Notes: a model not told the origin generated them from the sequence alone. Numbered from the stretch's first letter, positions 41,494 to 55,425 are shown. The stretch: DNA of 64,000 nt from Adineta vaga (GCA_021613535.1 CP075496.1:9238001-9302000); one strand, 5' to 3'. Program-made: numbers and translations.

Positions 41494-41678
41494 TTACCAC
41501 CACCAATAAGGGTCGCCTAAAAGATACAAAAAGAAACTTTCTATTAAATTTTAATATCAATTGAGAAATACAAACCATATGGACCCCATCCAGCTGTATA
41601 AACAGGTCCATATCGAGGACCCCAACGAGGACCCCATGGACCAAAACGGCCACATCTTCCACCAAAGCAGAATGCCAT
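41494..41678 (-). CDS. 41-aa Gly/Pro/Trp/Arg-rich peptide, 2 exons
   Basis: MAFCFGGRCGRFGPWGPRWGPRYGPVYTAGWGPYGDPYWWW*. GT-AG intron 41575-41517. TATAAAA about 65 nt upstream. GC-rich island in AT-rich DNA. Confidence 0.72.
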
Positions 41679-43140
41679 AGCTATAACTTGATGAAAAAAT
41701 ATGAAGCTTTAATATGTATGTGGTTATGTAAATTGCATCAGTTTTTATAGGCCAACAAAACTCATTACAATACTATGTACGTGAAATTTGTTTTCAAATA
41801 TTTTATTTTTCAGTCTATTCACACATAACAATATACGAACATTGAAAAACACAGATATAATTACATTCCTAGATACTTTATCAGATCTTATAGTCAATAG
41901 TCAATATAGTCATAAAATTTACTGAAAATTTTCAGTCGCAATAACTGTTAGTGAAGTTTCTAATTAAACAATACGAAAATTAACTGCAAGCTTTCATTAA
42001 CGTTTCCGTATCTGAGAAAATCAACAATATGCATGGCAAAAAAATAACTACCTATGAAACCAATCCAAACTATTGTACTCGAAAACAAATTAGACGCCGT
42101 ATCATTTAATATTTTATACATGATGTTTTTGAGTATCACAGTTCATTGAAGTATGGTAAAATTATGTCGTTGTTACATTTGTATGGTTCTCGAGAGACCC
42201 GACCAGAAAATTTTATTGCTATCATGAAAATAGAACAATACGAAATGAAGTTCTATATTGTAACACAGTATCAAGACAATTTCAAATTATTTCTCGCGTC
42301 CAGATAAAATCAGTTTAAATATCTATATTCCGTAATATTCAAACAAATAAAATATTTATAAATTTGTTTGATAAACAAAAATATCTATAGTCTTTTCTTT
42401 AACGTATATCGGATGCATAAAGAACATGAATTAATCGATCGTTTTGAGTTTCGATGTATACAATTAATACTTTATAATTGATCATCCTATAGTATTAAAT
42501 ATATCTAATAAAAATGAATTATCAAAGTTTGTCTTACTCTTTCTGTTCATATTAAACATTATAATAATTAGAGAAATCAATAGACAAATGAGGTCAAGAT
42601 GAATCAAAGTTCTAATGAAATGTAGAATATAATTTATTAAATATAGACGAATAGAAAACAGATAAATAAACACTATTTTGTACGCAGAAATCAGTCACGT
42701 TTCTCATTTGTATTTTTCATAGCAAGAAGAAAGTAATTAACTGATTGGATTGTTTTTGTCATTTTTCTATTCGAATGAAATATAATGATAAACATCGAAC
42801 TAAAACATATAAACTAAAAAATAAGTAATTAGCGTTTTGTTATCAATCTACGAGCAAAAGCAAAAGAAAAACGGGAGAATACATTTTCTTTCATTCTCTG
42901 CTCATACTCTATCGAAATAAAATATATTTATATTTATAGTACGAATTCTGAAATGATTTCTTTCATAGAACGATGAGTCAATACGAGAGATGTGTGATGT
43001 TGTGATAAAAATAAACAAATGCACGGATCAGTGATCAGAAAGGAGTATCTTCTCTCTTTCTATACTCTCTATTTATAATAATATCAACATATGCAATGCA
43101 GACATTCTTCTAAAAAAATATTCATCATCACAATACAGTC

Positions 43141-43464
43141 ATGTCTAGAACTATTATAATTACATCTTCTTGTGCTCCTCCTCCACCACCTCCTCCTCCA
43201 GTAACAGTATTATATGTTAGAAACAATGTAAGATATGTTCAACAACCTTCATACATTACGGTCGTTGATCAAATTAGTAAACCAGTGATTATTAGTGAAC
43301 AGATCGTGGATTATGGTAGTCCAATTATCATTCAACAACCTGATTATTATTTAACGAATAGCAGTCCTATTATTATCACTGATTTTTCACCACCTAGAGT
43401 TGTACATGTCACTGCAAGAAACTCTCGATGTTGTTCTCGTTGTTATACCACTTGCCGATGTTAA
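43141..43464 (+). CDS. Poly-Pro protein with Cys-rich C-terminus (107 aa)
   Basis: ATG-initiated ORF with a P8 run, repeated SPIII motifs and the end RCCSRCYTTCRC. Confidence 0.65.
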   Translation: MSRTIIITSSCAPPPPPPPPVTVLYVRNNVRYVQQPSYITVVDQISKPVIISEQIVDYGSPIIIQQPDYYLTNSSPIIITDFSPPRVVHVTARNSRCCSRCYTTCRC

Positions 43465-45078
43465 TCATAAACTCACGAGACAAGATAAGAAAAGATGAAC
43501 GTTAATTTCTTTTTTTTCATTTAATTTTTTCTTTTTCACGGATTCTTTCTTGTATTTTTCCCGATTTTTACATTTAATAACAATAATAACAACAATTTTG
43601 CTTTTTAATTAACCTAGTCATTTCTGTGGAAAAACAACTATCATTTCAACAGTTATAGAAACTAATTTATAATGTGAAGGATCGTTACTAAAATTATTTT
43701 CTGCAGTTTAGCTTTTATTTTTCAATACAGGAATTTTCGAATATTTCTGTTGCAACATCAAATACTCAAAGACCTTGAAAAATAAAAATCATTTATCTCA
43801 CGTGTATTTTCTCTTTTGTCTAAAAAAGGAGATAAAGGTAAAATATTATTTTATCTTTTCTTCTACAATAACCAACACATTTGGTAAATAAAATAGCTTA
43901 TTGATGTCTACCATCATTATTATTCAGATTGTGTATGGAAATTATAAAAACAAGTAAACAATCATTTGAATTGATTAATAGGCACGATTCATATGAAATA
44001 AAATCTAAAGAGAAAAAACGAATCTTAAAGAATATGGAGTAAAATAAAAATCAGGAAAATAATTTTTAATAGCAACGACGATCAATGCTTTTCATTCGTT
44101 ATGCTATGAAGTGTTGTTTGCACTTTTTTCCACGATGGGCCAAACATGGTGGAAAATTTTGTAAAAACTAGGAAACCATGACAGTCATCATCGCAGGAGT
44201 CATAATTGTAATTGATTGTTCACAAATATATTCTAGAAAATATATATCTGAGAGAAGGTTATGATACTGTAATTTAATGAAGATTTACGATCTTTTTAGG
44301 ATACATGACGGCAACAGTCGATTGAGTTGTTGTCAGTTATATAGAAAATATGTTAGATTGCGAATTAAGTTCTACTTTTCTGATGACTTCATCGATGGAT
44401 TAGTTGTTGTAGTTGAGGCGGCTCTTGTTATTACTATGATTAGAAGATCATATAAATCAATCAATGGTCGAACAATTTTAACTAAATCGCAAAGTTTATG
44501 ATAATATGCTGCTTTCGATCGTCCGAAAACATCAGAAATTAGATCAGGTTCTAGAAAAACTAATCGTATTAGTAGTTTTTGTGATAGTTTGTAAAAGTAT
44601 TCGACACCTCAATTTTCTTTACTGGTACATATTCAAAAATAAATCTGATTGTGAAAAGTGTCATTTAAAACGTTTTTGCAGGCGCACAAATTCCAGATAC
44701 ATATTTCAAATAAATAATAGCAACAATATGAATATGATATACCCAATGATGGATAGGATCATGTTAAATTTGATTTATTGTAAATTCAATTCAGTTATTG
44801 TCTTGAATGAATAAAATAGAGAAGGACATAAATTCTAATCTATAGTAAATACTACGTGTTATTAAGTCGAACTTATTTTATCTGATGTGTTTCATAAAAC
44901 TAAAGATAATCACCCAACTCATTTGCCAAGTTAAGTAAAAAGATTTAGTTAGGAAATGCATGGTCTACGGTTTATTTCAATGAAAAGACATTTTCAATAC
45001 TACAAAGCTATTATATTTGCGATATTTCCTTTTTTTTAAGTTACTGCTCATGTATATTTATATATATAGTGTTAGTTT

Positions 45079-46068
45079 TCATTTTGGACAAAAATTTGGT
45101 ACAGGTAACTTGGGTAACCATTTTTGATCGAAAAAAAGTGGAGCATTTACAGGAAAAAAATCAGGTCCTGCTCTAACAAATACGCCAATTTGAAGTGATG
45201 CTGTTGCAAGTAGAAATAACTGTGTATAGAACCATGATACAAGTATGGGTAAACGAAATGGTATATGAGCTTCTATTGTACAAGCTATACCATGCAATAT
45301 AAAGAACAACAGTGATGAAAGAGCTACTTGTGAATCATGTACAGAAATCCATGCTAAATGTACATGGAGAAGACCACTGACAAGAAATACTAGTAGCGAA
45401 GCTATTGTCGACGACGACAATTGTTGACGAACAGGTTGAAAAATTGATTCACGAAAAACAGTACTAACCAGTTGATTATATCGTCGGCCCCAAAAATCTC
45501 GTAATGAATGTGCTAAGATTGGAAAATTAATCGTTGTAGTATGCATGTATTGATCACGAGTGATAAGACGAATAATTCCACTTAAAAAGTCTGAGAAAAA
45601 TGTATAAGTTACCGCAAATGTAAAAAACATTATTAATCGAGCATAACTATCACTTCCAGGACAGGATAAAAGCCAACGATATAACCAATGATTGAGGATA
45701 ATTTTCACACTGGATAAAAGAAAATCATAAAGTAGAGGCCATTGTTTTCGATACTCTACTGGACAAGGAACAATTGGTAAGAACATCCAAAGTAATTTGC
45801 GAATAAAAGGAGTAAATTTGACATACGAATTAGGCGAAAGAACAATCCAATGAATTAAACGAATCGATGCAAACCAACAAAATGTCGATAATAACATCGA
45901 TGGCATAGAAAACGGTGGGAGGTCATGAGTAGTTAAATGTGTTAATATTATACAGGGTACAAGTACCAAAATCCATCGAAATAATGGATTTGGTAATAAA
46001 CGTACGTAATAAAAACATACCACAACTTCTGCAATCCAACCAGCGAGAAGTAATAAAGGAGACGACAT
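45079..46068 (-). CDS. Wax-synthase-like membrane-bound O-acyltransferase (MBOAT_2)
   Basis: SLRDFWGRRYNQLV and FLVSGLLH (catalytic His) motifs. Polytopic, intronless. Confidence 0.87.
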   Translation of the reverse strand: MSSPLLLLAGWIAEVVVCFYYVRLLPNPLFRWILVLVPCIILTHLTTHDLPPFSMPSMLLSTFCWFASIRLIHWIVLSPNSYVKFTPFIRKLLWMFLPIVPCPVEYRKQWPLLYDFLLSSVKIILNHWLYRWLLSCPGSDSYARLIMFFTFAVTYTFFSDFLSGIIRLITRDQYMHTTTINFPILAHSLRDFWGRRYNQLVSTVFRESIFQPVRQQLSSSTIASLLVFLVSGLLHVHLAWISVHDSQVALSSLLFFILHGIACTIEAHIPFRLPILVSWFYTQLFLLATASLQIGVFVRAGPDFFPVNAPLFFDQKWLPKLPVPNFCPK

Positions 46069-47594
46069 TGTGTATGATCAAATAGTGTCCTAGTTTTGAC
46101 TGATAACGTTTGTCACTGTTATTCGAAACATATATATTGAAAAGAGTTTTAGCTTTTCTCATCTCAACTTACCTTATAAGGGAATGTTAATATCTTGTGA
46201 ATAGAAAATCAAACAGATCTTTACTATATATGGTTGTCCGTGTGCAGAGAAAGAAAAATGTAACATGCTATGACCTATGCATGTTTCAATGGAAGAAAAA
46301 AGAAAATAACAGAACGGAAGACAAAAAATGGAGAGAACGAGAAAAAATAAAAATGCGACATGACGTGTAGTCTTAACTTTCGCAAATAGAGAAAAATAAT
46401 ATGACCTACTTAGTTTCGCTTATGTTTGCAAAACATATTATATAAAGATTTCATTGTTCCCGATTGAAAAAAAGGTAACTAGCTGTGCAGGGACCTTCTA
46501 TTTAAATTTGCGAAGAAATGGTTTCAACTTCGATTTGGATAAACTAAGTGAACATGTCAATAGAGGGTTTGTAATAAATAAGATTAATTTTAAACTGTAT
46601 CTAAACCAGAACAAGATTTGTCATTCACATATCTGTGTTATACTTCAGTGAAGTTGATATGATGAGCAGATATTATCATTGATTATAGACTGCACGTTGT
46701 ATAACATATTTGCAGCATAAAGTACATTGTATGAAAGCTAAAGATCTCATTATTGTCACCAATAAATAGGCAAATGGATAAAACTAGAAAATAATGCAAT
46801 TAGCTCAATAGATTTTTGTTATCATATGCATAGTGTACAAGCATGCAATTGTTACAATAAACTCGAAATGAAGTTTTTTGTATATGATCATCCCCAAGAA
46901 GATGTCATCAGTCTCTTATCAGCTATGTAGAAGCATAATTCTTTACATTATCCTCTACAAACATTTGCATTAGTATATTGATACATAAGTTCATTGAAAT
47001 TTTGCTATCGAAAAGGACCCTTATGCATTCCTATATTGAGTGTACTTCTCTACTTTGAATTCATTAACCGTATTCAATACTGATAATTCCATCTTAATAA
47101 GTAAACTACTCGAAAAACTACTATCACTTCATTATCTTCATCATTTATCTTTCAATTTAAAACGGTGTAGTGCTGATATACAACAATTACTAAAGACATT
47201 TTTTTGATTACTTAACTTAGCACATCTTGCATTTTATACGGAGACAAAAAACGTTCAGCCCAAACACAGTCCACAGTATGAAAATACTTCAAATGAATTG
47301 TCTGTTGAAAAATGATGAAACAACAATGACCAATGCTATCGAATGGGAAACTCGCTCATCATCTTTGATATATTTACACAAAATTCAAAAGCAATGTAAC
47401 TTGTATCCTTAGAATCAAATGATTGATTCATTACAATATGAAACAGAATTTTGAAAACAAAGACATGTAATCGCTTTTGTGTACTATATAACGAAAATAT
47501 CGACTCAATATTTTAATACGTAACAAATTTTCTCTATAAACGATATTTGAAAAGTCAATTTATTCATATATTTCGATGAAAATAGTCAATATCA

Positions 47595-49558
47595 TTAGTT
47601 CCATTCTAAATAAATTCTTTTGTCTATTTTTTTGATGATATAATTTAGGCGTAATTGTTCAACATCAATCAAATGTTGTAATTTGTTTATTGTAATTTCG
47701 TTGGTTTTGTAATTTTTTATACATATGGTGGATAAGTTGGGGATATATTTGGTATTTTTCATTAAAATAAATCGAATAAAATTTTCTAAAGATTGATCAT
47801 CGTCACAAGTAACTTCGAGATAGTGCATTATTGGACAAAGATCAATAAGAAATTGAACTTCTGACAAATCGTTCATGTGTTGAAGAATAACTTTAGTAAT
47901 TTTGTTAGTAGATGATACTAAACGAAGAATTTGCACTTCCGTAGCTGATAAATACCGTGGTGTTACAACAGATAATGATGAAATAACTAACGACTCAAGA
48001 TGCGGTAGATATTGAATAAGATTAATTAGAAAACCAATAAACATCATACGACGTTCAAGAATTAAACAACTGACTTTTAATATACCTAACATAGGACCAA
48101 TGTAATCAATAAAAACATTATCGTCATCATTTCTAAAGTTATCAGTTATAGTCAACTGATAAATTTCGGAGGATAATGCAGATTCAGCCATAGTTTCATA
48201 TTGATTTTCAATCACAATATCTGCATACTGTTTCTTCACTTTATCAAAATTAGTTTGTAATACACTAAAACAATGAAAAGAAATATTTCCAACAAATTCA
48301 ATCGAATCTGTTATTTACCTCGGTGAAATAAAAGAATAGATGATAGTATCGCCATTCCATAAATCTGTGTTGATATAGATTCTAAACTGTGACTTTCGCT
48401 TCAACCAAAATGATGAATTAAAGCGATTGATGGATGTATGGTATGGAGTAACTTCTAAATCTTCGTCAATATTTTCTTCGTATTTGAAGTCAAAAGTACG
48501 TAATTTAAGTAAATCCTTTGATACGATTCGTTTCCATCGATCTGAATCAAGGTATGTGATATCTCTGCAACACGTAACATGTAACTCTTCTAATTGTGGT
48601 GCTATTTTTGTAATTAATGATTCCAATTCATCGAAATCTGCCGCACACAGAACGATTCGAATGCATTTTAAACTTGATATTTGTATCAATGCTTCTTTGA
48701 TGATCGATTTATTGGACTCATTCACTTCACTACAGCTTAAACGAGAAAGTCGCGATGTATATGAAAGCATATTAATTAATTCATCAATAGTACAACGATG
48801 ATCAATGACTAATACTTCAATGCCAGTAAATTGATTTTTCGTAGCAATGGGCAAAGGAATGAATAATTCCAAGGAGAAGAAGGATAACTGATTGTATTTT
48901 AGTGAAGACAAATTGAAAATTGCTTGATATACATTACTGATATCATCTGGTAGATCATCTGGTTCAATACTTAGAGAGAAGAGATGCGGCAAAGCTATTA
49001 AACCTATGAGCAAAGGTACAAGTTTGTCTGCGCTGATACCGATAAGTCGTAAAGATTCCAAACGAATAAAGGAAGCATCGATAATACAATGTGATAATGG
49101 ATCTTCTAAATCCAAAAAATTACATAACTGAAGCGATACTATACGATGTTTATTTGGCATAAGAATATGAGTACATCGATTCTGTCGAAGCTCTTTAGAA
49201 CCAATAGACAGATTCATTTTTAGTCGAGCGAATGAAGCGAGTAAATTCTGAAAGCGCATATTCAGATTTGAAAAGGCTTCATATAGATGACAAGCTTCTA
49301 AGTAATCGAAAATTTCGAAGTGTATTTCATTGGGTAAATCTTCGAAACAATTAGCACGTTTTCTATAAAACGGAAGAACATAATAAATATAAGTGAAAAT
49401 TGATTTCTCTTTTTTACCTATCGTCATATGGTAGTGCTTAAAATTGAATAAAAAAGGAAAAATAAAGTATTCGAAGAATACTATGAAATATTTAACTTAC
49501 TCCGTAATTTTTTAATATTTTCATTTGTAGAAAAGCGATAGATGAGTAATCGTTTCAT
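47595..49558 (-). CDS. F-box-like/LRR protein, multi-exon
   Basis: FEDLPNEIHFEIFDYL, degenerate LRRs, RWKRIV...LRTFDF. First exon from ATG 49558 plus a 19-nt exon splice in frame. Confidence 0.82.
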
Positions 49559-50357
49559 TAGCAACAGTCTGTTTTGGAACGAAAATTTATCTCTACAAAC
49601 AGTATAAAATTTAGAAATCTCAAAATGAAGAATCTACACGTTAAATCAAGTTACAAAACTGTAGGTTGAGAAGCAGAATAGAGGAAAGAAAAACTATGTG
49701 AGCGATTCTGTGTGGTTGATGCAATGTGATGGTCGACACTCTAAAGTGCATAGTCTTTCGTATTCTTTCCTTCTCTCGATAAAATACGCTTGCAATGAAT
49801 CATGTGAAGTGTTTCTACCGCGTATAGGATACATCTGCTACGCTGAATTATTCATAGCCGGGAAAAAACCAACAATAGAAACTTTCTTGATGGTAACATA
49901 TTAGTATCATAGAAAGTTGACAGTATTTCGATAGAACTATCGAATTGGATTCAAGTTGATATTTTAAGCTAACAGCTTATTCGATCTTTCCATCTCGACA
50001 GACTTTTCACAGACGCAGATGCTAATATATCATCATAGACTAGCACTCCACTGACATTAGTAAATATGATAGAGATTAATAGTTTTTATTTTTAAAGAGA
50101 GAACAAGTAAATAATTGATATTCACAAAAAAATCTTTCTGTTTTACATTGTTTTAGTTGAATAACAGTAACCTTATCCTGATCTTTTGAAAGAAGTTCTT
50201 GTGTTATATTCGCATCCATAATTAGTTTTCTCCCCAATAGTAATCTTGTACTTATTAATCTCCTTACTGATGATAATAAAGTTTATCTGTTTATTTTCAT
50301 GAAAGCATCAGTACGAAAAATATAATGAATTGTTCATGTAGTACGATCATATATGTA

Positions 50358-51248
50358 TTAAATCGGAATGATACGTCTCTTTCGACTACTAAAATACTGT
50401 CTAATAATATGTCGAATTTCATGATCGATAATCATTGTCATAACTTTTTCTACGACGACAGCCAATGATACAAATATCATTCCAATAGAGTAAAATACAT
50501 TTATATCGGTTATTAAATATAGGAGAGATGGAGTTCCACCTAATATATAAATACTAAGTAAAATCATAATGTTACGAAGAACTTCAACGTCACGATTATG
50601 TCGCATAACAGCTATCATAGCAATGGTCAACGCTTTATTACGTTTAATTCGTATATAGATGTAAATATAAGTAGTAACAATAAATACGATTGGTATGCCG
50701 TAGCACGTTGAATAGATGTGAGTTGCATGGAAAACTGATGTTTTTGGTACCCAACAAAGTACAAATGGATCAAAAATAATATCTTTTTGAATATGTACCG
50801 ATGATGGTATAACTATAACTATAATCCATTGTATAAGAATAAGAATAAGATGCATTTTGAATGAAATCACCCAAGGATATTTCAACGAAAGTATAGAAAA
50901 TAAAAAACGTGATATAGCTTGAACTAAATATGAATAGACAACGGCAGAAATGGACATATAGGCAAAATATGCACGCCATTGACATGATGAATTACTTGTT
51001 TCTGACAAAATAAAACCAAGATAAACATAATTATTACATTGAACAATGCAGAATAAAATCGATGATACACATGTATTACATATCAGCATATGTGTAATTG
51101 TATGTAAACGTTTTTTTACTAGAATCAAAATTAATATGAAAACTGCAACGATTATAGCGATGAATGTACAAGCCATTGTCACGGGAATAATGACATAGTA
51201 TTTAGCAAAGCTGGCAGGTACTACTGTTATTTTTCTCGTCGAATTCAT
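50358..51248 (-). CDS. Orphan rhodopsin-like 7TM receptor
   Basis: Seven hydrophobic segments. CQWRAY, YSYLVQAISRF and NRDVEVLRNI motifs. Confidence 0.85.
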   Translation of the reverse strand: MNSTRKITVVPASFAKYYVIIPVTMACTFIAIIVAVFILILILVKKRLHTITHMLICNTCVSSILFCIVQCNNYVYLGFILSETSNSSCQWRAYFAYMSISAVVYSYLVQAISRFLFSILSLKYPWVISFKMHLILILIQWIIVIVIPSSVHIQKDIIFDPFVLCWVPKTSVFHATHIYSTCYGIPIVFIVTTYIYIYIRIKRNKALTIAMIAVMRHNRDVEVLRNIMILLSIYILGGTPSLLYLITDINVFYSIGMIFVSLAVVVEKVMTMIIDHEIRHIIRQYFSSRKRRIIPI

Positions 51249-52298
51249 GTTTGATTATAATACAATATATTTCATTGATTTTCTAGAAGAAAAAGAGAAT
51301 ATTCGCATTAGCAGAGAAACAAAGAAGTTGAAAGAAAATCTATAGATGTGATCCAATAGAATCTGATTACAGAGATGTTTTAAAAAATAGAACTTTATTT
51401 ATTTGAATTTCATCTGAATTAAATACAAAGCATGCTTAAGTCACAATGATTAGTAAAACTAAAACCAAATATGTTGATTTTATTGACCTCACCTCTATTT
51501 GGTACATGATATTCTAATCTTATTACTATTTATTATAAAATCACGTACTAAACATCCATCTGTTTCATTCTATAATAAATGGTGTACACAATCATCGTCT
51601 CATTGTTTTCGATTTACTATTCTTCATCCATAAGAACGCACATGTTATAACACTAGAAGAGTAAAATAATCTCTTGTCATGTCTTGAATTTCAATCAACT
51701 TTTAAGCATATGTCATCAGAAAGAAAAGACGTTGAAAATATCCATAAAATCACATTTTGATAAACTATTAATCATACGATAATGAAAATATCAATAAGAA
51801 ATGAGATTGAAACGTATTTTGGATCGAATATCTGTATTTCTAATTCTTGTAAATAAAATAATATTAACGATCTGTAGAGATAAATGTGATACAGAGTGAT
51901 GTTTTCAACATTGATGTTTTGCAAAAAAATGTCTATCGATTGAACAGAATAAACATATAACGAGTGTGATTGTAGATTTATCCTTGCTTTATATTTCTTC
52001 TTCATATTCACATGTTAAAGATGCTAATTACACATTAAATTTTCTTGTAAATGCTAAACATCTTGTAAAATGCATATAACTGAGAATATTAATCAAAACA
52101 CACTTGATTTTTATTCGACCATTTCTGGAGCTGAGATTTGCATCTTTATATTGGCAAATATTCAATGAGGAGCGCTTAGAAAACCATGCGCTATACATGT
52201 TCTTTTCTTTGCGTAATAGTACTTGGAAGTTTTCAATGTGAATAACTATGAAAATAACAATACTGAATTATAAGCTCAGAACATTGAGAAATAACGAA

Positions 52299-53600
52299 TG
52301 GAGATAATGGAAGTAGGAAAAATGAATCTTTATTTCAACTGGAGCGAAAGCAATCGATCATGAATTCTACCAATAGTGAGTACGATACGGATGAAACACG
52401 AATCAATTGTGGAAACAGTTACTCTCGTTTGGTATGATGCTAAAATCGATTGTATCGATTATATAGAAAAGTTCCGAAGCGAAATAATCATATTCATTAT
52501 ATCAGGCAGCGATGCTTCAAATCGTTTACTGGAGAAAGTACATGCTCTCCATCATGTGGATACTGTTTTCATTTATTCTTTATGAATGTTACAATCTACG
52601 AAAACCTTCGTGATCCATCTTTGAAATATACAAAGATTGATGGTATTTCCATTGAACAGCAGATTCTGAAAGGAAATATAGCCAAAACAGTACGTGTAAT
52701 CGAAAAACAACAAGCAACTATGTTTGCTATTTATGATCCGAAGAAACAGAGATCCGATTGTAATTTGAATTGTGAAAGTGGTTCATTTGTTTGATTTCAA
52801 TTAGTCAAAGCAGCTGTTGAACGAATGCTTCCAAATATGCAGAATAGTGCAGATCTAGAGAGAGCTAAAGTGGAAATGTAAAAGAAATGGAGAATATCGA
52901 TGAATTCTACGCTTTCACTGAAGCTTTATCGTGGTATGTTGCAAATTCGAGACGAAGTTAAACGACTTCAGGAAAGTATTGACCTGCTTGCAGCTAATTC
53001 ATAAAGATTTCAATGTGAATATCATATGGCACTAGCACTCCATATAGAAGCATTAAAACCTTATGATAAAGCTGAAGTGAGAGAAGAACTCTCTGCAACA
53101 AAAACAATTATAGAATAAGGAGAAAATAAAGAAGCATTTATAGTACATAAAAAAAGTAGTGAACATATTTTTGTAACGCATAGAGATACAAAATATCACA
53201 TTTCATTATCGAACAAAAGACTATAGAGAAGCCAAATAATTCTATACAAAAGCACTTAATTGTTTGAAAGTACTAACGTCATATGGATATATTGATATTG
53301 CGTATATGTTAAAAAATTTCGGTGAATTATATTTGGCCATTGAAGACTTCGAAAGTGCTAATGGTTACATTTCTGATGCTCGTAAATTGTTCCAATTGAT
53401 ACTATCTACATCGTGTTTTTTTATGTTGTCATTACTTCTGAGCAATCTTTTCTTAGGTCTATACGTTTAACCGTTAAATACTATTTTAGTGAACATGTGT
53501 GATCATGTTTTGACTGATTCTATTCATCGTGATAAAGCCAAAACAGTTCATTTACTACCTCTTCAAGATGATTATAATGCTCTATATTACATCTCCGATA
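52299..53600 (+). pseudogene. Degraded ART/TPR-family gene
   Basis: ETVTLVWYD, FIIISGS, CESGSFV*FQL and TPR-like IAYMLKNFGELY, with many stops and deletions. Confidence 0.62.
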
Positions 53601-53737
53601 ATCTAGAAAACCTTTACGACTGATCAGAAATGCTTATTTAACTGCATGGTAGAATTTCAAGCAAGAATATATTAAGTTTAATAAATGCAATTATTATTTG
53701 CATCACAGTTCAATATAGAAATAGATAATAAACAGTT

Positions 53738-55425
53738 TCAATTGATTACGATATCAAAACGTTGAACTCGCTGATTTCCATGATCAATAACGTAGAGATT
53801 TCCATATCGATCGAATGAAATACCTGAAGGTCGATCGAATTGATTTGGTTGCATTCCATCATCATTTCCTCCAACAAGTTGTATTACTCCATTAGACCAA
53901 CGCATTATTCGATGATTGTCTAAGTCTGCCACATAGATCCTATTTAACTGATCAACAACTATACCATTTGGACAAGATAATTGTGTCCAATCGTTTCCTT
54001 TTCCTCGATCACCAGCAACAACGATTCCTTCTGTAGCTCCTTTGACCCATTTCATAACACGATGATTAAAAGTATCAGACACATACACCGTTTGATCTCC
54101 ATCGACAACGAGATAGGTAGGAAAATACAGCTGATTAAAATCATCACCACATCCATTGCCACCTGCTACAACGATTCCTTGTGTATCTCCTGGTTGATAA
54201 CATCGTACTTCATTCATTTGACAATTGGATACATATAGTAATCCATGATTGTCCATTGCCAGTTGTGTACAATCAATGTTGTCGAGTATTATTTCTTGAC
54301 TTTTATCTTTCTGACGAAACCATCGTACCACTCGTCGGTTATTCATATCGGATATAATGAAACTATCTGTATTTTTGTCAACAATCACATCGGTTGGATG
54401 ATGTAACTGATCAAGCCTACTTCCTCGACCATTGCCACCGGCTACAACTTGACCACTAGTTGAACCATATTTCCATTCCAAAATACGATCATTACCCCAG
54501 TCAGCAACATACAGAGTTTGATCTTCATCCACATATACACCGAACGGAGAGGATAATTGGCTTAATGAACTACCTGTGCCTTGACCTCCAGCAACAGTAA
54601 CAGCATTCGTTGACCATATGGCATTTTGGGAAATCTTTGGAAGAGATCGAGCTAAAATAAAATTAGATGAACTTCTATTAAACATATATCTGATTAGAAT
54701 TCTATTTACGCCAAAGTGTTCGCATTCCTGTAAGCAGTGCTATACGTTCTTCACAATCTTCACGAAATTTTCTCAATTTGTATTCGTATTCTTGTAAATT
54801 TTCATTTATTTTTACTTTGAGTTGTTGATTGTCTTCTTGTGATCGTCGAAGTTGTTCTTTTAGGCAAATCATATCAGAATGCGATGTCAATGCATCACTT
54901 CGTTTATAAATAGTTTTGCAATCGTCACATGTCAATTCAACTTCTGAACAACTATTTTCATGTTCAATGTATTCCTTTTTCAACAACTGCAATTTACATC
55001 CAGAACATTCTTTCGGTTGATAATCACACTGTGCTTCATGTTTACCTACTGCTTCATATGAAACAATCTATAAGAAAACAATTAATTATACATAGAAGAT
55101 ACGTGATCATGAAACAAGATGAACTGACATCATGGCAACCATTTGGTTGATGAATGCAAAAGACTTGTAATTTTGCTAGTTGTTTAGTAATAAATCGAGT
55201 ACATGGTCGTTGGATATATTTATTACATCGCATTGGACATCGATTTGGATTTACATTGAGCCACGTTGCAATACATTTCGAACAGAACGGAGTTTCACAA
55301 GATTGACAAGCAATCGGTTTCCAAAGGATATTACAGCATATTGAGCATTGAATATCATTAAGATCAATTTCCGATGATCCTTGAATACGATTAGACGAGA
55401 GTCCTTCTTCGTCTGTAGATAACAT
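53738..55425 (-). CDS. RING + TRAF-type zinc finger + coiled coil + NHL-repeat protein, 3 exons
   Basis: CSICCNILWKPIACQSC..FCSKC..CP RING-like, HEAQC/HENSC zinc fingers, a coiled coil, and about six NHL repeats (VVAGGNG, YVADxxNxRI). Confidence 0.88.

Noticed and set aside
44080-44780. Possible multi-exon Cys-containing gene on the minus strand
   Set aside because: Could not build a consistent spliced frame. Perhaps a decayed gene.
46700-47450. Possible degraded LRR/F-box remnant on the plus strand
   Set aside because: Only a short Leu-rich stretch among many stops. Not enough support.
48427-48801. 124-aa plus-strand ORF
   Set aside because: Antisense to the F-box/LRR exon, no independent signal.
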